A DNA stretch of 64,000 nt, taken from the NCBI RefSeq assembly GCF_021028975.2, contig NC_059427.1:78616001-78680000 (forward strand). The letters run 5' to 3'. The notes beneath the pieces were generated by a model, which saw only the letters and a program-made list of their open reading frames with translations, had not been told where the DNA came from and searched no databases. Origin of the DNA: Sphaerodactylus townsendi. Lineage: Eukaryota. This document shows, in pieces, positions 1 through 13,052 of this stretch; the first letter of the stretch is position 1, and each line of letters opens with the position of its first letter. The position numbers and the translations under genes were made by a program.

Positions 1-1193
1 GAGAGGGTGGGGAGAAATTGCTCTGTAGCTTCACTTGGCATGAAGATGCTTTGAGATTTTTGCAGGGAAGGGCAGGCATGGCTGAGGCTTTGCATTTTAT
101 TTTTTAATGCTCATCTTGAAAGTAGCTTGGGAAGTTATTGAAAACGCAGCTAAGCTCAATAAAAATAGCATGTGCTTGGATGGAGCAGTGATGGAATTTG
201 GCTTTTTCTTTCTTAAAAAAGAGAACTTTTGGGAGGGTGAGGGGGATTAATTTATATTCTTACTATGCCCAGTAGGAAAATAAAGAAAGAAATAAGCATC
301 TGTAGCACTTGTCTCAGAATGGGAAAAGGCTGACCATATTGAAATTTTTGCCTTCTGTTTCCCCTACCACCATCCCAAGAATGCCTATATAGGGCATGCG
401 TCTTCTTAAACTGTTGAAAGGAATCGGCTTTTGTGCAGCAGGCATTTCTCCAGTGCTCTGTTAATAGTCACACAAGCTTTTGCTGGATGACTATAACCAT
501 CATTGCATCATTGCAGCCTAACCATTCATAATAATAGCCTGTCTTCTATTCCATGCCTGTTCCAACCCCTACTGTGACTCTCTGCATGGTTGTTGCTTCA
601 TCTATAGACAGGTTCTCTATCTTGTCACTGTTTATGTTGCACTGAATCTGTGCTTAGAAAAACACTGGATGTGGAACAGTGCATAATTCTCAGATTGAAC
701 AGTTTACAAATTATAGTTTGCTTTCTGACATCTGCTGCTCAATAGCTGGTGAACATCTGAAGCCCTGTTGTGTGGTTTGTAACTGGAGAATAGTGGTTGT
801 AAGTCACTACCATACTATTTCAACAACAGAGATCTTGGTTCGGTTCTGGCAAGATGGGGCCAATTCCACTCATGGGAAGAATGATGTGTGCCTGCTATTG
901 CATTGAATCAGTATTGAAACTTACCATTTTTCAAAGTGAATGTGGAATGTTCTTGCAAAAAAGGAGGAATGAATGCAGAACAAAATCTCTTACAGGTCAT
1001 AGTATTCCAGCAGTGTTTAGTGACCATCACTAGGAAGGAACATCTCATGCTTCTTAGTCTGTGTTGTAATTTATTATTATTGAATTTTTGCATAAACATA
1101 CAGGATATAATGAAAAAAGGAGAGAAAAGTAGCTTTTCCACAATGCCCTGAATTTTCCATAAGAGAAATGAGCCGCTGCTTTTCATTTAAGTA

Positions 1194-2279
1194 CCATATA
1201 TACTTGAGTATAAGACAACCTGAATATAAGACGAGGCACCTAATTTTACCAGAAAAAAACTGGGAAAACTTATTGACTCGAGTATAAGTCTAGAGTGGAA
1301 AATGCAGCAGCTACTGGAAAATTTCAAAAATAAAAACAGATACCAATAAAATTACATTAATTGAGGCATCAGTAAGCTAAATGTTTTTGAATATTTATTT
1401 CAAAGAAAAACAGTAAACTAGCTCTGTAAGTGGAAAGAGAGCCAACAAAAACAATATGGTATCAACGATAATTTTTAAAGTACAAAAACCTTAGCTCAAT
1501 TAGCAACCAAGCTAAAACACAAGAGTTAAAATCCTTCAAACTGGATTCCTCCTCCTCATCTATATGTACAAATGTAACCCAACTTAGATTTTAAGAGGGA
1601 TATTATCAGAAATGGAACAGGAGTTCAAGTCTTTGACAGTGTGAACCCACCTTGTGACCCTTAACATTCACCAGACTTACAACAAAATAAACTTTAAATC
1701 TGTTTTCTGTTTCATAAACAATAGTGTGCAGTATAACAATGAAATATGACAAACCAATACAGAAAGAATAATCAACATATAATAGTTCTGGCCTACTATG
1801 CAAAACAGACTAGCAGGGTCTCAGTCCTTTACAGTTCTCTGTAGATGTGGCACTGTTGATGGACTCTAGTCCTGTGGCACTGTTGATGGACTTGCAGCTT
1901 TGCTGTTCTTTGCTGAGCCTTCTCTCCTTATTGTCAAGCCTTCAAGGGTAGCCTTGAACTATGCAAAAACAGTTCATAACAACTGAACTCTGTGAAGTTG
2001 ACTGGCTCCAGGCCTCTTAACTGAACTCTGTGGAGTTGACTAGCTCCAGGCCTCTTACCAATTCTGAGGAAATGGGAGCCTTTTCTTCCTTATATGGAAA
2101 ATCGGAGCTCTTTAGCTTCCCCTAATGGACCCTGGGTTACACAGAACTTCAGCTATAGCACATACAGTTGTATATGAATACCATATATACTCGAGTATAA
2201 GACCCGAATATAAGCTGAGGGGGCTTTTTCAGCATAAAAAATGTGTTGAAAAAGCAGATTTATACACGAGTATATATGG
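1194..2279. mobile_element. Non-autonomous Tc1/mariner-superfamily (Tc2/pogo-like) DNA transposon
   Basis: Terminal inverted repeats (TIRs) CCATATATACTTGAGTATAA ... TTATACACGAGTATATATGG flanked by TA on both sides; extra internal TIR copy at 2181; no transposase ORF. Confidence 0.8.
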
Positions 2280-3127
2280 TAATATATTCAGGATCTTCAA
2301 GCTGCATAAATGTGTGAAATATACCACAAAATAGCAAGTCTTACACTTTGAGAGAGGACACAAAACACTGTTAATTTGTTTCTGCTCCCTACTGCTCTCT
2401 ACTGCAGTTTTTGAGTGCAATTTGCAGCCATGAAACAATTGCCATTGCCCTTGACCACTATAAGTTAACTCAGGTGTTTTGAGGATAGAAGGGAGTTGGG
2501 CACCATGCAACTAAGGGACAGCTGTATGTATGATTAGAAAGAACTCCACTAGCTAGCTAGTTAAGTGAAAAGGAAAGCAGAGACCTGGAATAAGGTATGC
2601 TGGTCACATCTTGCATGCATGGAAGATTTGCTCTTCCTCTCCATTATTGTACCAAGTTCTTGAAAAGATGCAGTTGAGTATGTAGCATACGACATTGACA
2701 TTTCATGCCCTGGTAAATTGCTGGTCTGCTCCCTGCTTGCAGTACATCCAGGTTTCTCTAGATTGGGTTGATCTGTGCACACTAACAGTCTTGCCTTCTG
2801 GGAAGGATTTGGACTTCAGGTCCCACAGATCAATATCTTTTGTTCCCAGGGCTGCTTGGCTGAGAGATAAAATTGTTTGCTTTAAGGGAAAGCTGTATGA
2901 TTGTATATTGGGGGCCAGGGCTTAACTTTTACTCAGCTTCAGATTTAGAAGAAATAGATTGCTGTAATTATTGTTAGGACCTAGTGGTGATAAGTGTCCC
3001 TTTAAGCTTATGCAGAATCCATGGTTTAGTTTCTGCAAGAGTTCATTCCTAGCCTTGGGGCTTTTTTCTTTTCCAGGCTGAAAAAATGTAGCTTTGTGCG
3101 TGCGTGCATGCATGTATGCATTCACGC

Positions 3128-3128
<1 letters not shown>

Positions 3129-3181
<53 letters not shown>
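3129..3181. repeat. (TG)n microsatellite, about 26 units
   Basis: Perfect TG run, preceded by TGCG/TGCA units. Confidence 0.99.
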
Positions 3182-3184
<3 letters not shown>

Positions 3185-6100
3185 AAATGGCTTTTGAATA
3201 TTTGCAATGTAAAGGTTCCTAGGGGGAAAAATCAGGTTTTCAGATCTGCAGCCATGGGTGTATGCTCCCCAATGCAAATTCAAGCCCTCACCTTGAAGGC
3301 TGTTTAAACTGTGAGGAGACCTTTTCTGCCCTTTTCCTATGCTCATTTTTATGTGTACATTTTTAGTCTGTATGTATTCAGTCTGTATACGTGCTTCAAA
3401 ACAGATTTCTATCTGCTGTAAAATTATCCAGACAGTTTTGATATCCCTTTGATCTTGTCAAGGTGATACAATCACCTTTTCACATGTAGACACCAGGTGA
3501 AACATGGAGTTCTCTGCAATTATCACTGATCTCCATTTACTGAATTCAGTTTCCCTAGAAGAAATTATAGTTGTGGAGGGTGGACTTTATGGCATCCCAT
3601 CCCTGCTGAGCTGACTCCCCTTCCCAAACTCTGCTCTCTCAAACACTGCTCCCAAATCTCCAGGAGTTTCCTAACTTGAGTTGACACCACCAGAGGCTAT
3701 CTAGGGAAAATGTAGCCAGAGTAATATCTGAATTTTTGCCCCACCCCCACCCCTACCCCTGTATGGGTGGCTGACCTCCCCCACCATGACCAAATAACTT
3801 TTTTTGCACCAGGTCTTGAAGTCAATGTATGGACCCGAGGGAAAGGAGGAGGTGTGTGGGGGGTAATTTTCCACCCCTCACATGACTAAATGGCTACAGC
3901 TCAGGGATGCTTGACCCCATATGTCTCCCTGGGCGGTATGCCCCAGGACACCCATACCCCAGTTTTTAACATTGTCCTTCCTTTCCTGTTCTTGATTTTG
4001 CTGGACTATATTATGTGCCTGTAGCTTCACTGGGTTGCACTGTTCTACTTTTGTCCATCCTTTCTCAAAGAGATAAAGCAAATGTTTTCAATTAACAAGA
4101 TGTTATTGCTGAAAGCAATAGGAGCCAGTTCATTTAACACAGGCAAATTAATTGAAATCTAAATGTACATAGTCAATTTATTGCTAGGAGAGCAATTATT
4201 TCAATTGCTTGGCCATTACAACATTAGGAAAAAAAGGCCCTCTTAGACAATTTTTATTTAAGCTCAAATAATTTATTGGCTTGGAGTGGTGAACATTTGC
4301 AGGTATTCCACTAAACTCCCTTTCACTTCTTGGTATGTTTTTCAGCTAGGAAATCTGGAAGCAAATGGCATATCTGAAAATGGGCAAGGTTCAGATTTAG
4401 GGTATCAAAAGGTGATCAAATCTAGAAAGTTTACTAGAGAACTTTAACCTTCAACTTTAGCAACCATCTTACTGCTGGTGACCAATTCTAATAGGGGTGG
4501 CTGCTGAGTTTTCTTGTTTGGTAACATATCTCCCGCTTTGGCCACCACCATTGTTCTCTTGACTTCTTCCATTCTGTACTAAAGTACTTGACCAATATGT
4601 TACCTACCAAGTGGGATGAACTTTGTACACCTCTATCTCCTGGGTTACTGAAATGGCTGTACAGTAGGTTGTGCAAGACAAAGCTTAGGAAAACATTTAC
4701 ATGAATATCTTGATATCAGGGCCCAGTAGGATTTGAAAATAATGATACGTATCTAAAATGTGCAGACTTTGCAGAGTGTGACTTTACTACGACTTCCCTG
4801 TTTTCACCTACTGACCCCTCCCACAATTTTGTTCCTGGTGATCAGTGGGCTTTCAGGAACAGTGGAGGAGCAAAGTGGAGGTCTGCAGTGAGAGAGAGGA
4901 ATCAGCACCAACTGATGTGCTTGCTTAAGGAAACTAAAGTACTTCCTCAGTTTGAAAGCTGCATGACTGGATACATGCCTTTAAAATGGTGAGCAGAGTC
5001 ATGAACTCAGTAACAGTGAAGAATGGGGTAGTTTGATTATGGATAAAAAACTTAATTAAGTTAAATAAAACACTGCAAGTTAGAGAGTAAATGGAAAATA
5101 AAACACAACTAAAACAAAAGATGGGAAACTTAATGAAATGTAAAAAGTGTAGGAGCTTACAATATTTGAGATAAATGAAAGCAAGTTTACAATTTATTAA
5201 ATTAGCAAACTAATAGCTTAGCTAATAGCAAAGCAAACCTGAGTAAAACTAATAGCAAAGCAAACCTGAGGCAGACAGAACTTACTGAGGTGGAAGTTGG
5301 TTCAAATCAAGTTGGATATGGACCATACATGGAGAACAACTGAACCTTGTCAGTCCAATTTCCAAAACCTTTAATGGCATAAGAAAAACAATGAATTGCA
5401 ATAATCTATAAAATGACATAAAATAAGATAAAATTTATATTTAAAACAATATTAGTTAATTCTATCTTCCATTAAAATATAAAGTTTTTCTACTATGCTG
5501 AAATTAAGGGTCTGTAACCATCAGTTCTAGGATGTGATTTCACTCTATCTTGGAGATTTTCAAAGCTTCTATAAAGAACTTGGCCACATAACCTTGCCAG
5601 TCACAATACTTCTATTAAAATTATCATCCTGTTTCTACAGACAGTTACTCTTAATTGTGTAATGCAATATGCTCAATTTTGGCAATTCTTGCAAGCATCT
5701 TTTTGAAAACTCTGGATAGCAAGTTTCTGTTAAAATGCACAAAACATGTACTTGATGCGGACTCAAATATATGACATGTAGAAACACTGAAGTCCGAATA
5801 AGTGGCTGGTGAGATTTCACCTTTCCATGAATAACATAACACTGTGCCAGGAAACATTAAGAAGCCAAAAAAATTGCCCCCAGCCAATAATAGTGTGGAA
5901 AAATCCAAAAGCGCACTAATCAGGCAGCAGAAAACCTAAGTACCCTTTCAAATATAATTGTTAGGGTAAAAACTGAGACTTCACTTTAATTCAATTGATT
6001 GCTCAGTATTTTGTGGAATATATTTTAATAAAAAGAATGAGCAATCTGTGCTGAGGAAAAAATGGAAAACTAAGGATCAAAAGAAAAAATATATTTCATA

Positions 6101-6363
6101 AGCTCTGGTTGCACTTATTTACCAGAGTTAACCCCATTTGTTGTTTCATGTCCTTGGTACATTAATGGGTTGAATCCAGTAGTGCACTTGCACAAGGACC
6201 AGGGATCTTCCCTGTTTCTCTTCCCTTAGTAGTCTCTTCCAGCTATGGATTCCCAGGGTCATGGGACCCATGTGGACTATTAGTCAGATGGGTAGATGGG
6301 CTGAAGTAAGGAGGAAAAAGCTATACAATCCTTTCCTCTATCCTTTTCCATAGGTACTGCTCC

Positions 6364-6754
6364 TGTCATGGCCCCTCCTGCAGCAGCTGACAGCTCATCT
6401 GAGGAAAAGTTAACTGAGCCTCACAGAGAGATGCTAGTTGAATCAGTAGTCTGAACCAGCACAGGCCTCTGGCTCAGTGCTAATTAGCAGGGGTAAGGAA
6501 GATTCTAGCAGCTCTGGGACTCCAGATGTAAGTCAGTGTTGCAGATAGAGATTGAGACTGGCCTTAAAGGAGAGGCGGTACTCAGCAAGATTGCAAGCTA
6601 GGCATTACCTAGAGTCTTTGCAGGAGCAGTCCCAGGCAAGTAGCTCCGAGGAATAAAAGGCCTTTGGCAGAAACTGCACTTGTGGTTGCAAAGTGTCTTC
6701 CTGACTTTGCCAGCATGCCACTGTTCTCTCCAGACCCTGACTGACCACAGGACA
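6364..6754 (+). mobile_element. Probable solo LTR (Gypsy-like)
   Basis: TG...CA termini (TGTCATGG ... CACAGGACA), internal AATAAA at 6652, flanks gctcc/gcttc as a near-perfect 5-bp TSD. A similar TGTCATG start recurs at 7252. Confidence 0.5.
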
Positions 6755-8160
6755 GCTTCTTGACCTTGATTCTTGGATTCTTCTTGTTGCTGTATACATT
6801 CCTGTTTTTTTACTCCTGACTTGATCAACATTGCTCTGGATTCTCCAACGGATTTGGTATCTTTGGAAGTATTACTGACTAAACTTCTGTCTCCCAAGCC
6901 CTGGCTTTAAGTCTTCTCAGTGCTGTGTGTTGCTGTGGCAGCAAACCAGTCCAGCCTTCACAGCTCCATTGATGGACATATGGATCTTTTGTTCATGTTT
7001 AGTCTCTTGGGTCAAGCATACATTACTTTCAGGCCAGATTCTCAATTGAGCATGCATATCCCCCTCTTCAGAACTGACCATGCTGCACATCAGAAAAGCC
7101 CTACAGTTTCCAAGAGCAGACAAAGTGTGATGCTTTCCCTGTGCATGGAAAATGGAGTGGAGTGATCTATAACTTGCTTCCTTCACTTTTCTGGTGCTCC
7201 CCACCTTCCCCCGCCCACAGAGTAGCAGTTCCACTTATATATTTGGGAGACTGTCATGAATCAGTCCTGGGACAGTGGAGAAAACTCTGAGGAGCCGCTG
7301 CAGAGGCAGGGACCAGCTCCAACAGATACCCAGCACAATGAGTCTAAAGAGTAGGAGAAGGTATTGATAGAAGCTTACCTACCTTACAGGCTGCTCCCAA
7401 CTCTTGCAGGCACCAGCTGAGTGAACCCAGGCCCCTAATTCACAAGATTCACCTGCAAAGCAACTCTGACAGCATTTTCAATTGCAAGTTAAAAGATGCA
7501 GTGCTTCCTTATTGCACAAATGCTGCTTGCTTGAAAGGAGTGCGTTTTCTATGTGACTTTTTTCCTGGTTGTTGCTTATCCCTGAAAACTTGACATGCAT
7601 CACAGCTGGGTTTTTGGGTGGAGTGACATCACATGTCACTGGACATCACTTCTGGCCTGGGTCTTTCTCATGCAGTTCAGATGAGCAAGAGCAGGAAGAG
7701 GGAGCAACCACTGAGAAACCTCCAACTATAAGCAGGCAACTGGCCTCTCTAAGTGGAACATTTAGCAGTGTGTAATAGTGGGAGACAGAGGGGGAGGCTA
7801 GGCAACATTCTTTGAGGTTTCAGTGGAATGTACTTGTTTTCATCTGAACAGTGTTTGAGGGTATGTTATTTCTGTGGAGGTTGTTAGGGACAAAGACAGG
7901 GGGTAGATTGGACAAGAGGATCTTGAAATTTTGATCCATACAGAAAAGCTAACTTGGCCAGTGGCATGGGACCATGACCTGAAAAAGTGGTGCTTAAATA
8001 GTCATTTAACTGTTATTATTCCTGAACCGTTTAAAAATTAAAAATGGTGGATTTTTCCTTTTAAGCATCTGGAACACAAATTGTAAACTTTCTTGTACCT
8101 TTTACTTTCCCAGGGATGATCCTGAAATGTTTGGTGCATTTAGCATCAGAAACATCCGTT

Positions 8161-8401
8161 AGTCAGTATGGTGTATGGATTAAGAGCAGCGAACTCTAAT
8201 TTGGTGAACCAGGTTTGTTTCCCCACTCCTCCCCATGAAACCTACTGGATGATCTTGGGCCAGTCATAGTTCTCTCAGAACTCTGCAGTCCTACCTACCT
8301 CACAAGGTGCCTGTTGCGGGGAGAGGAATGGAAGGAGTTTGTAAGCCACTTTGAGACTCCATAAAGGTACAGAAAAATGGAGTATAAAAACCAACTGTTC
8401 T
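8161..8401 (+). mobile_element. Squam3-like tRNA/CORE SINE, diverged
   Basis: tRNA-like head, CORE-like gatcttgggccagtca, cctacctcacaagg body; same family as the 27241 copy. Confidence 0.8.
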
Positions 8402-9830
8402 AAATGATAATGGCAGGGTTTTCACCTTTATGGCTCCTAGCAGGTTACAATACTTTAACTGCTGAATAAGAGTTGGGCAGGTGAAGGTTTTCTTTAAATT
8501 GTATTTGAGTGCCAGGAAGGGCCTAACTTGTTTGTTAGGCAACTGTTAAAGGCACAAGATTTTTGCCTGGAAAAAAAGCATGGAGCATAAATAGCTAATT
8601 GGGGGATTTGTCCATCCAATATCCTTAGAGGACAGAAGGAAAAATCTTTTACAATTTCTCTCAGCACCTGGCACTTCTAGTTTTGAATGGAGCTGGAGAG
8701 ATTTGTGAAATTCTACTGCATATGCTTACATTGGAAGAATGTGGTGCAGCTGACTATCAGGGACCATGCTCCAACATCTCCTGCAAACCAAATACCACTG
8801 GTTATTGTAATTACTGTGCTATTTTTCTGTTAAAAACAAGAATGCCAAGCTTGCCACTACCTAGAGGTGTCAAACTGCCTGAACATGCTGTGATATCCCA
8901 ATTTAATTGCTTCAAAGCTGTTTCTGATTAAGCATCCCCAGGTGTCATCTTCTGACTTCCATACAAATGGAAATGTTTTTTTAAGCCTTGATTTTTTTAC
9001 ATTTTGATTTTTGCCTCTTTACCACTAGAGCAATGAAGTAGAAAGTCCCTATGAAACAATTAGAGAAAAAATCCATTCTTGTGTGAACTTCCCAGAACCA
9101 AGAGTTATAAGATTCTGGAAGCAGCACAACCTCTCACTTCTTTCCAAGTCTGGTTGACAATGGGAAGCTGAGAATGGCTTCCCAGCCAGATTAAATGACT
9201 GGTGCTTCCAAAGGGGAATGCTCTCACTAAGCAGCCAAAGCACACTGCACTCAGGAGAACACCTACAATACTACACACAGCAGTTGCATTCTCTGACTGT
9301 TTAGTCTCTCTTTCCATTAGTCTGTTATGTACTATGTAGTTTTGGTGTCTTGAAACTCATTTGATTTTAAGGTCTGCTCATTTCATCACTATCATGCAGG
9401 CAATTTTCTCTTCTTTCTCTCCACCAACTGCCATTTAATGTCAGGCTTCATCTGTCCTTTTCCCCCAATGCTCCTGAATTCTTATTACGTCTATTTTGTC
9501 TTAGTTGCCTCATATCTCTACACAATATCTCTCCAGACAGGCTGCAGAAGCAGTGGCATAGCCATCTGTTGAAAAACTAGGCAGAAACATGGATGAGATT
9601 GTCTTATACTGCCCCTCAAAAGCATCTGGAGGAAAACCCCAGGAAGTTGTATAAAATACACACCTTATCTATATATATAAAAAGCTAACTGTTTTTGTTG
9701 ATGACAGTATACCTCAGTAACTGCTGGGCCAATTCCTCTGAAAATTCCCAGCCACTATAGTCAGCCAGGCGAGAGCGTTTTTAGATGTTCACGTACCTGA
9801 AATTTCACACCTGGCCCAGGTAAAACAGCT

Positions 9831-10087
9831 TAAGAACATAAGAACAAGCCAGCTGGATCAGACCAGAGTCCATCTAGTCCAGCATTCTGCTACTCGCAGT
9901 GGCCCACCAGGTGCCTTTGGGAGCTCACATGCAGGATTTGAAAGCAATGGCCTTCTGCTGCTGCTGCTGCTGCTCCTGAGCACCTGGTATGCTAAGGCAT
10001 TTGCAATCTGAGATCAAGGAGGATCAAGATTGGTAGCCATAGATTGAAATCTCCTCCATAAATCTGTCCAAGCCCTTTTTAAAGCTA
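9831..10087 (-). mobile_element. CR1 LINE 3' fragment nested in Helitron 1
   Basis: taagaacataagaac tail; closely matches the 3' end of the CR1 at 43612-43866. Confidence 0.9.
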
Positions 10088-10261
10088 AAGCTTTTTCCTG
10101 GCGCTCCCTGGTGAAGGACATGCAGCTGCTTTTGTGTAACTGTCACCGTTAGAATGTTCATGCTGCTTAGAATGTTCACTCAGATGGCCAGATATGAGCA
10201 GTGAAAACAGTACATAGGCAGTAACTCGAGCGGAAGTGAAATACATACACACACATACACA

Positions 10262-10545
10262 CGAGGGAGAGGGAAGGGAGGGAGAGGGAGGAGTGGCATG
10301 CAAGGGAAGAGGAGGGAGAGGAAAGGGACGGAGGGGGGGCATGCAAGGGAAGAGAAGTGAGAGAGGGGAGAGAGTGAGGGGTGGCATGCAAGGGAGGGGA
10401 GGCAGGGGACCCAGCATCTTGATATGACCCACCCTAGCGGAGGGAAAGGGAAGGGAGGGAGGGGGAGGGGGGGCATGCAAGGGAAGAGAAGTGAGGGAGG
10501 GAAGAGAGTGAGGGGCGACATGCAAGGGATGGGAGGGAGGGGCCA
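10262..10545. repeat. Purine-rich degenerate minisatellite (GGCATGCAAGGGAAGAG units) inside Helitron 1
   Basis: About five recurrences of catgcaaggg separated by GA/GGGA tracts. Confidence 0.85.
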
Positions 10546-10936
10546 GGCACCATAGATTCCCTGAATACTGCGGTTACAGTTAAGAAAACCAGGCATGCAT
10601 TACTCAGGAGTAAGCTCGGTAGAGCAACCGTGACATACTTTGAATGGCTGTGTCGCGCCCCTCAGAGGGTTTCCTCAGAAGCGACACCCATTGCCACCAC
10701 CCCAACTTACTCCGAGGTAAAGGATCGTGACCAGCCAGCTTAGATGTGTGGGAGGGGTGCCTTTCCATTCCCCTCTCCCCAAGAAATGCGGGCACACACA
10801 TCACTGACATCGCACAGTATCAGGCTGCGTGTTTGCATAAGCACGTACTGCTGGCCTCTGCAATTGATTTGCTGCTACTGTTCCTTTCCCATTTCACCAC
10901 AATAAGCCACAACAACATGTGGCCGGGCCCCGCTAG

Positions 10937-11663
10937 TCTATATACATAAAAATCTATCAGTGCATTTTTCTGCTGACAGGTAATCTCCCAAACTACTGGA
11001 CCGATTGCTTTGAAATTTTCACACGTCGCATTCGCGTGTGGCCAGGTTCCCATACTGTTTCCACACCTCCTATTGTGTACATGTCACAACTGTGCCAGTT
11101 ATTGTGTACATGCCACACCTGTGACAGTTGGAACCACCAGTTCCTGTTCACGCGAACAAAGCTGCCGCATCTGCTGGCCGTCAAAGCAACACCCTCTGAT
11201 ACAAGGGAAACAACCATGCCTTCCTTGAAAACCACTGCCTTATGGAGTGAAAGGAATGGGGCCCACCATCTGGACATGACCCTCCCACCCTAGCAAAGGA
11301 ATGGGAAGGTGAGGGAGGGTCTGGGGGTTTGCTGGACCAAACGCTGTGAAATTTGATCACAACGTAGCTCATGCCTCCCAGCGTGTTTTACGCTAGATAA
11401 TTCGCCTGCAAGGGAATGGAGTGAAAGGGACAGGATCAGCCATCTGCACATGGCCCACCCACCCTAGCAGAGGAAGGGGAACATTAGGGAGGGACCGACC
11501 AGGTTGCCATGCAAGGGAACAGGAGGGAGGGGAGCGAGGGGCCCCTTGCCCCTCCCCTCCCTTGCAAGCATTGTGCAACGACACATGTTCGAACCATTCG
11601 CTTCCCCTTTTCTTTTCCACTTCACTAGACTGAGCCACAGCAACGCATGGCTGGGCCCGCTAG
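10937..11663 (+). mobile_element. Non-autonomous Helitron, copy 2 (different subfamily), abutting copy 1
   Basis: Starts TCTATATACATAAAAA immediately after the CTAG of copy 1; ends AGCCACAGCAACGCATGGCT hairpin plus GGGCCCGCTAG, followed by T. Confidence 0.8.
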
Positions 11664-12666
11664 TATCTGATAAAATATGATGACAGAAACATGTGAAGGT
11701 TACAACAGTACAGAATCCTAGAATATATTACTTGAAGGAATCAATACCATCATTTATCAGTGGGATTTCCTCACAAGTTTGCTTCAGATTGCACCAGCTA
11801 GGATTACCTTTTGCAGGGTCCTGTGCATAGCTGCATAGCAGGTAGAAAATCAGAGGCAAAACTTTTCCCATCAGTGCTGTAAAAAAATTCTCCTGTTTGA
11901 ATTTCTGTTTGTCATGCAGCTGTTAAAGGGCAAAAAGGGTCTGCAAGAAACCTGCAGTTAGTGCTTTGGATCATAAAGCAAGAGTTGTCCTTTTGTCCAC
12001 AAGACTGCTTATTTGCTCAGCACAGTCAGCCATTTTGAAGGAAGTGAAGATGTCATTGGCAAGAGCCATTTTTGCCCAACTGCAAGGAAAATTAATACAG
12101 ATATTGCAATTTCTTAGCTCATTATAAAAAGCAGCATGGTGGATTTGATCCATTTACAATGCAGTCTTAAGCAGAGTTACACCCTTCTAAGTCTATTGAA
12201 GTTAATGGACTTAAAAAGATGTAACTCAGGTAAGAACTTCACTATTTATGTAAGCGTAAAATCTGGGTTGCATTGATTCCCTTAAAATATATTCCTTTGT
12301 CATCATCACTTTTAAACAGTCCTCTTTCTAATATTATTTCTCAGAAATAAAGAGGGAAATCAGAACACTTCTTTCCCCTTGGCTTGAAGCCAAATACTAC
12401 ATACAACTCTTTCTTGATAACCTGGAGCAATGGATTGAACTGGGACATAATAAATGCATGTAAAGCATTAACTATGAGCAGGTTCTAGGTTTTTGAAAAC
12501 TGGCAAGTGGTAGGTGGTTCTTCTCAAAAAAAGACTTCTATTTTTCCAGTGTCTTGCTTCAACAAGCTCAAAATAGTATACATAGATGCTCACCTGCCCC
12601 ATCCACTAGCCACCATCTTACCTTCTCACAATCCAGTGGAAAAAATGAGGTCTAAGTTTCATATAG

Positions 12667-12845
12667 GGAGGGTATAGCCCACTCTCACCAGATCTTGGAA
12701 GCTAAGCAGGGTTGATTCTTAGAAGGGGGACCTCCAAGGAAGACTTTGAAGACGAAGGAAATGGCAAACTACCTCTGCTTCTCAGTTGTCTTGAAAGCCT
12801 CTTTCTGAAGTCAACATAAGTCAGCTTTGACTTGATGGCACTTTA
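12667..12845 (+). mobile_element. 5S rRNA-derived SINE with RTE/Sauria-type tail
   Basis: agcccactctcaccagatcttggaagctaagcagggt resembles 5S rRNA gcccgatctcgtctgatctcggaagctaagcagggt; tail cataagtcagctttgacttgatggcac is RTE/Bov-B-like. Confidence 0.7.
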
Positions 12846-13052
12846 GATGTACACAATATAATTTGATGCTGGTGAGGCAAAACTCACCCATGTGGTTTGG
12901 CATATGCCCAGCACCTTGGTATAAGTAACATACACTCCATATTACAATTGAACTGTGTTATCATCTGGGCAAAGCAGTTGTACATGCTTAGGTCACAAGT
13001 CAACAATGGCAAAAACTGTAGATTTTAGGGCGCAAACTAAAGCTGTGGGGCA

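Larger units (their letters stand above)
9668..10936 (+). mobile_element. Non-autonomous Helitron, copy 1 (contains CR1 insertion and purine-rich minisatellite)
   Basis: 5' TCTATATATATAAAA after an A; 3' hairpin GCCACA..TGTGGC (10906-10923) followed by CTAG. Confidence 0.8.

Noticed and set aside
10085-10596. Pro/Leu-rich ORFs
   Set aside because: Translation of the purine-rich minisatellite inside Helitron 1.
12667-12720. 5S rRNA gene
   Set aside because: Only partial, diverged similarity that continues into a SINE body.
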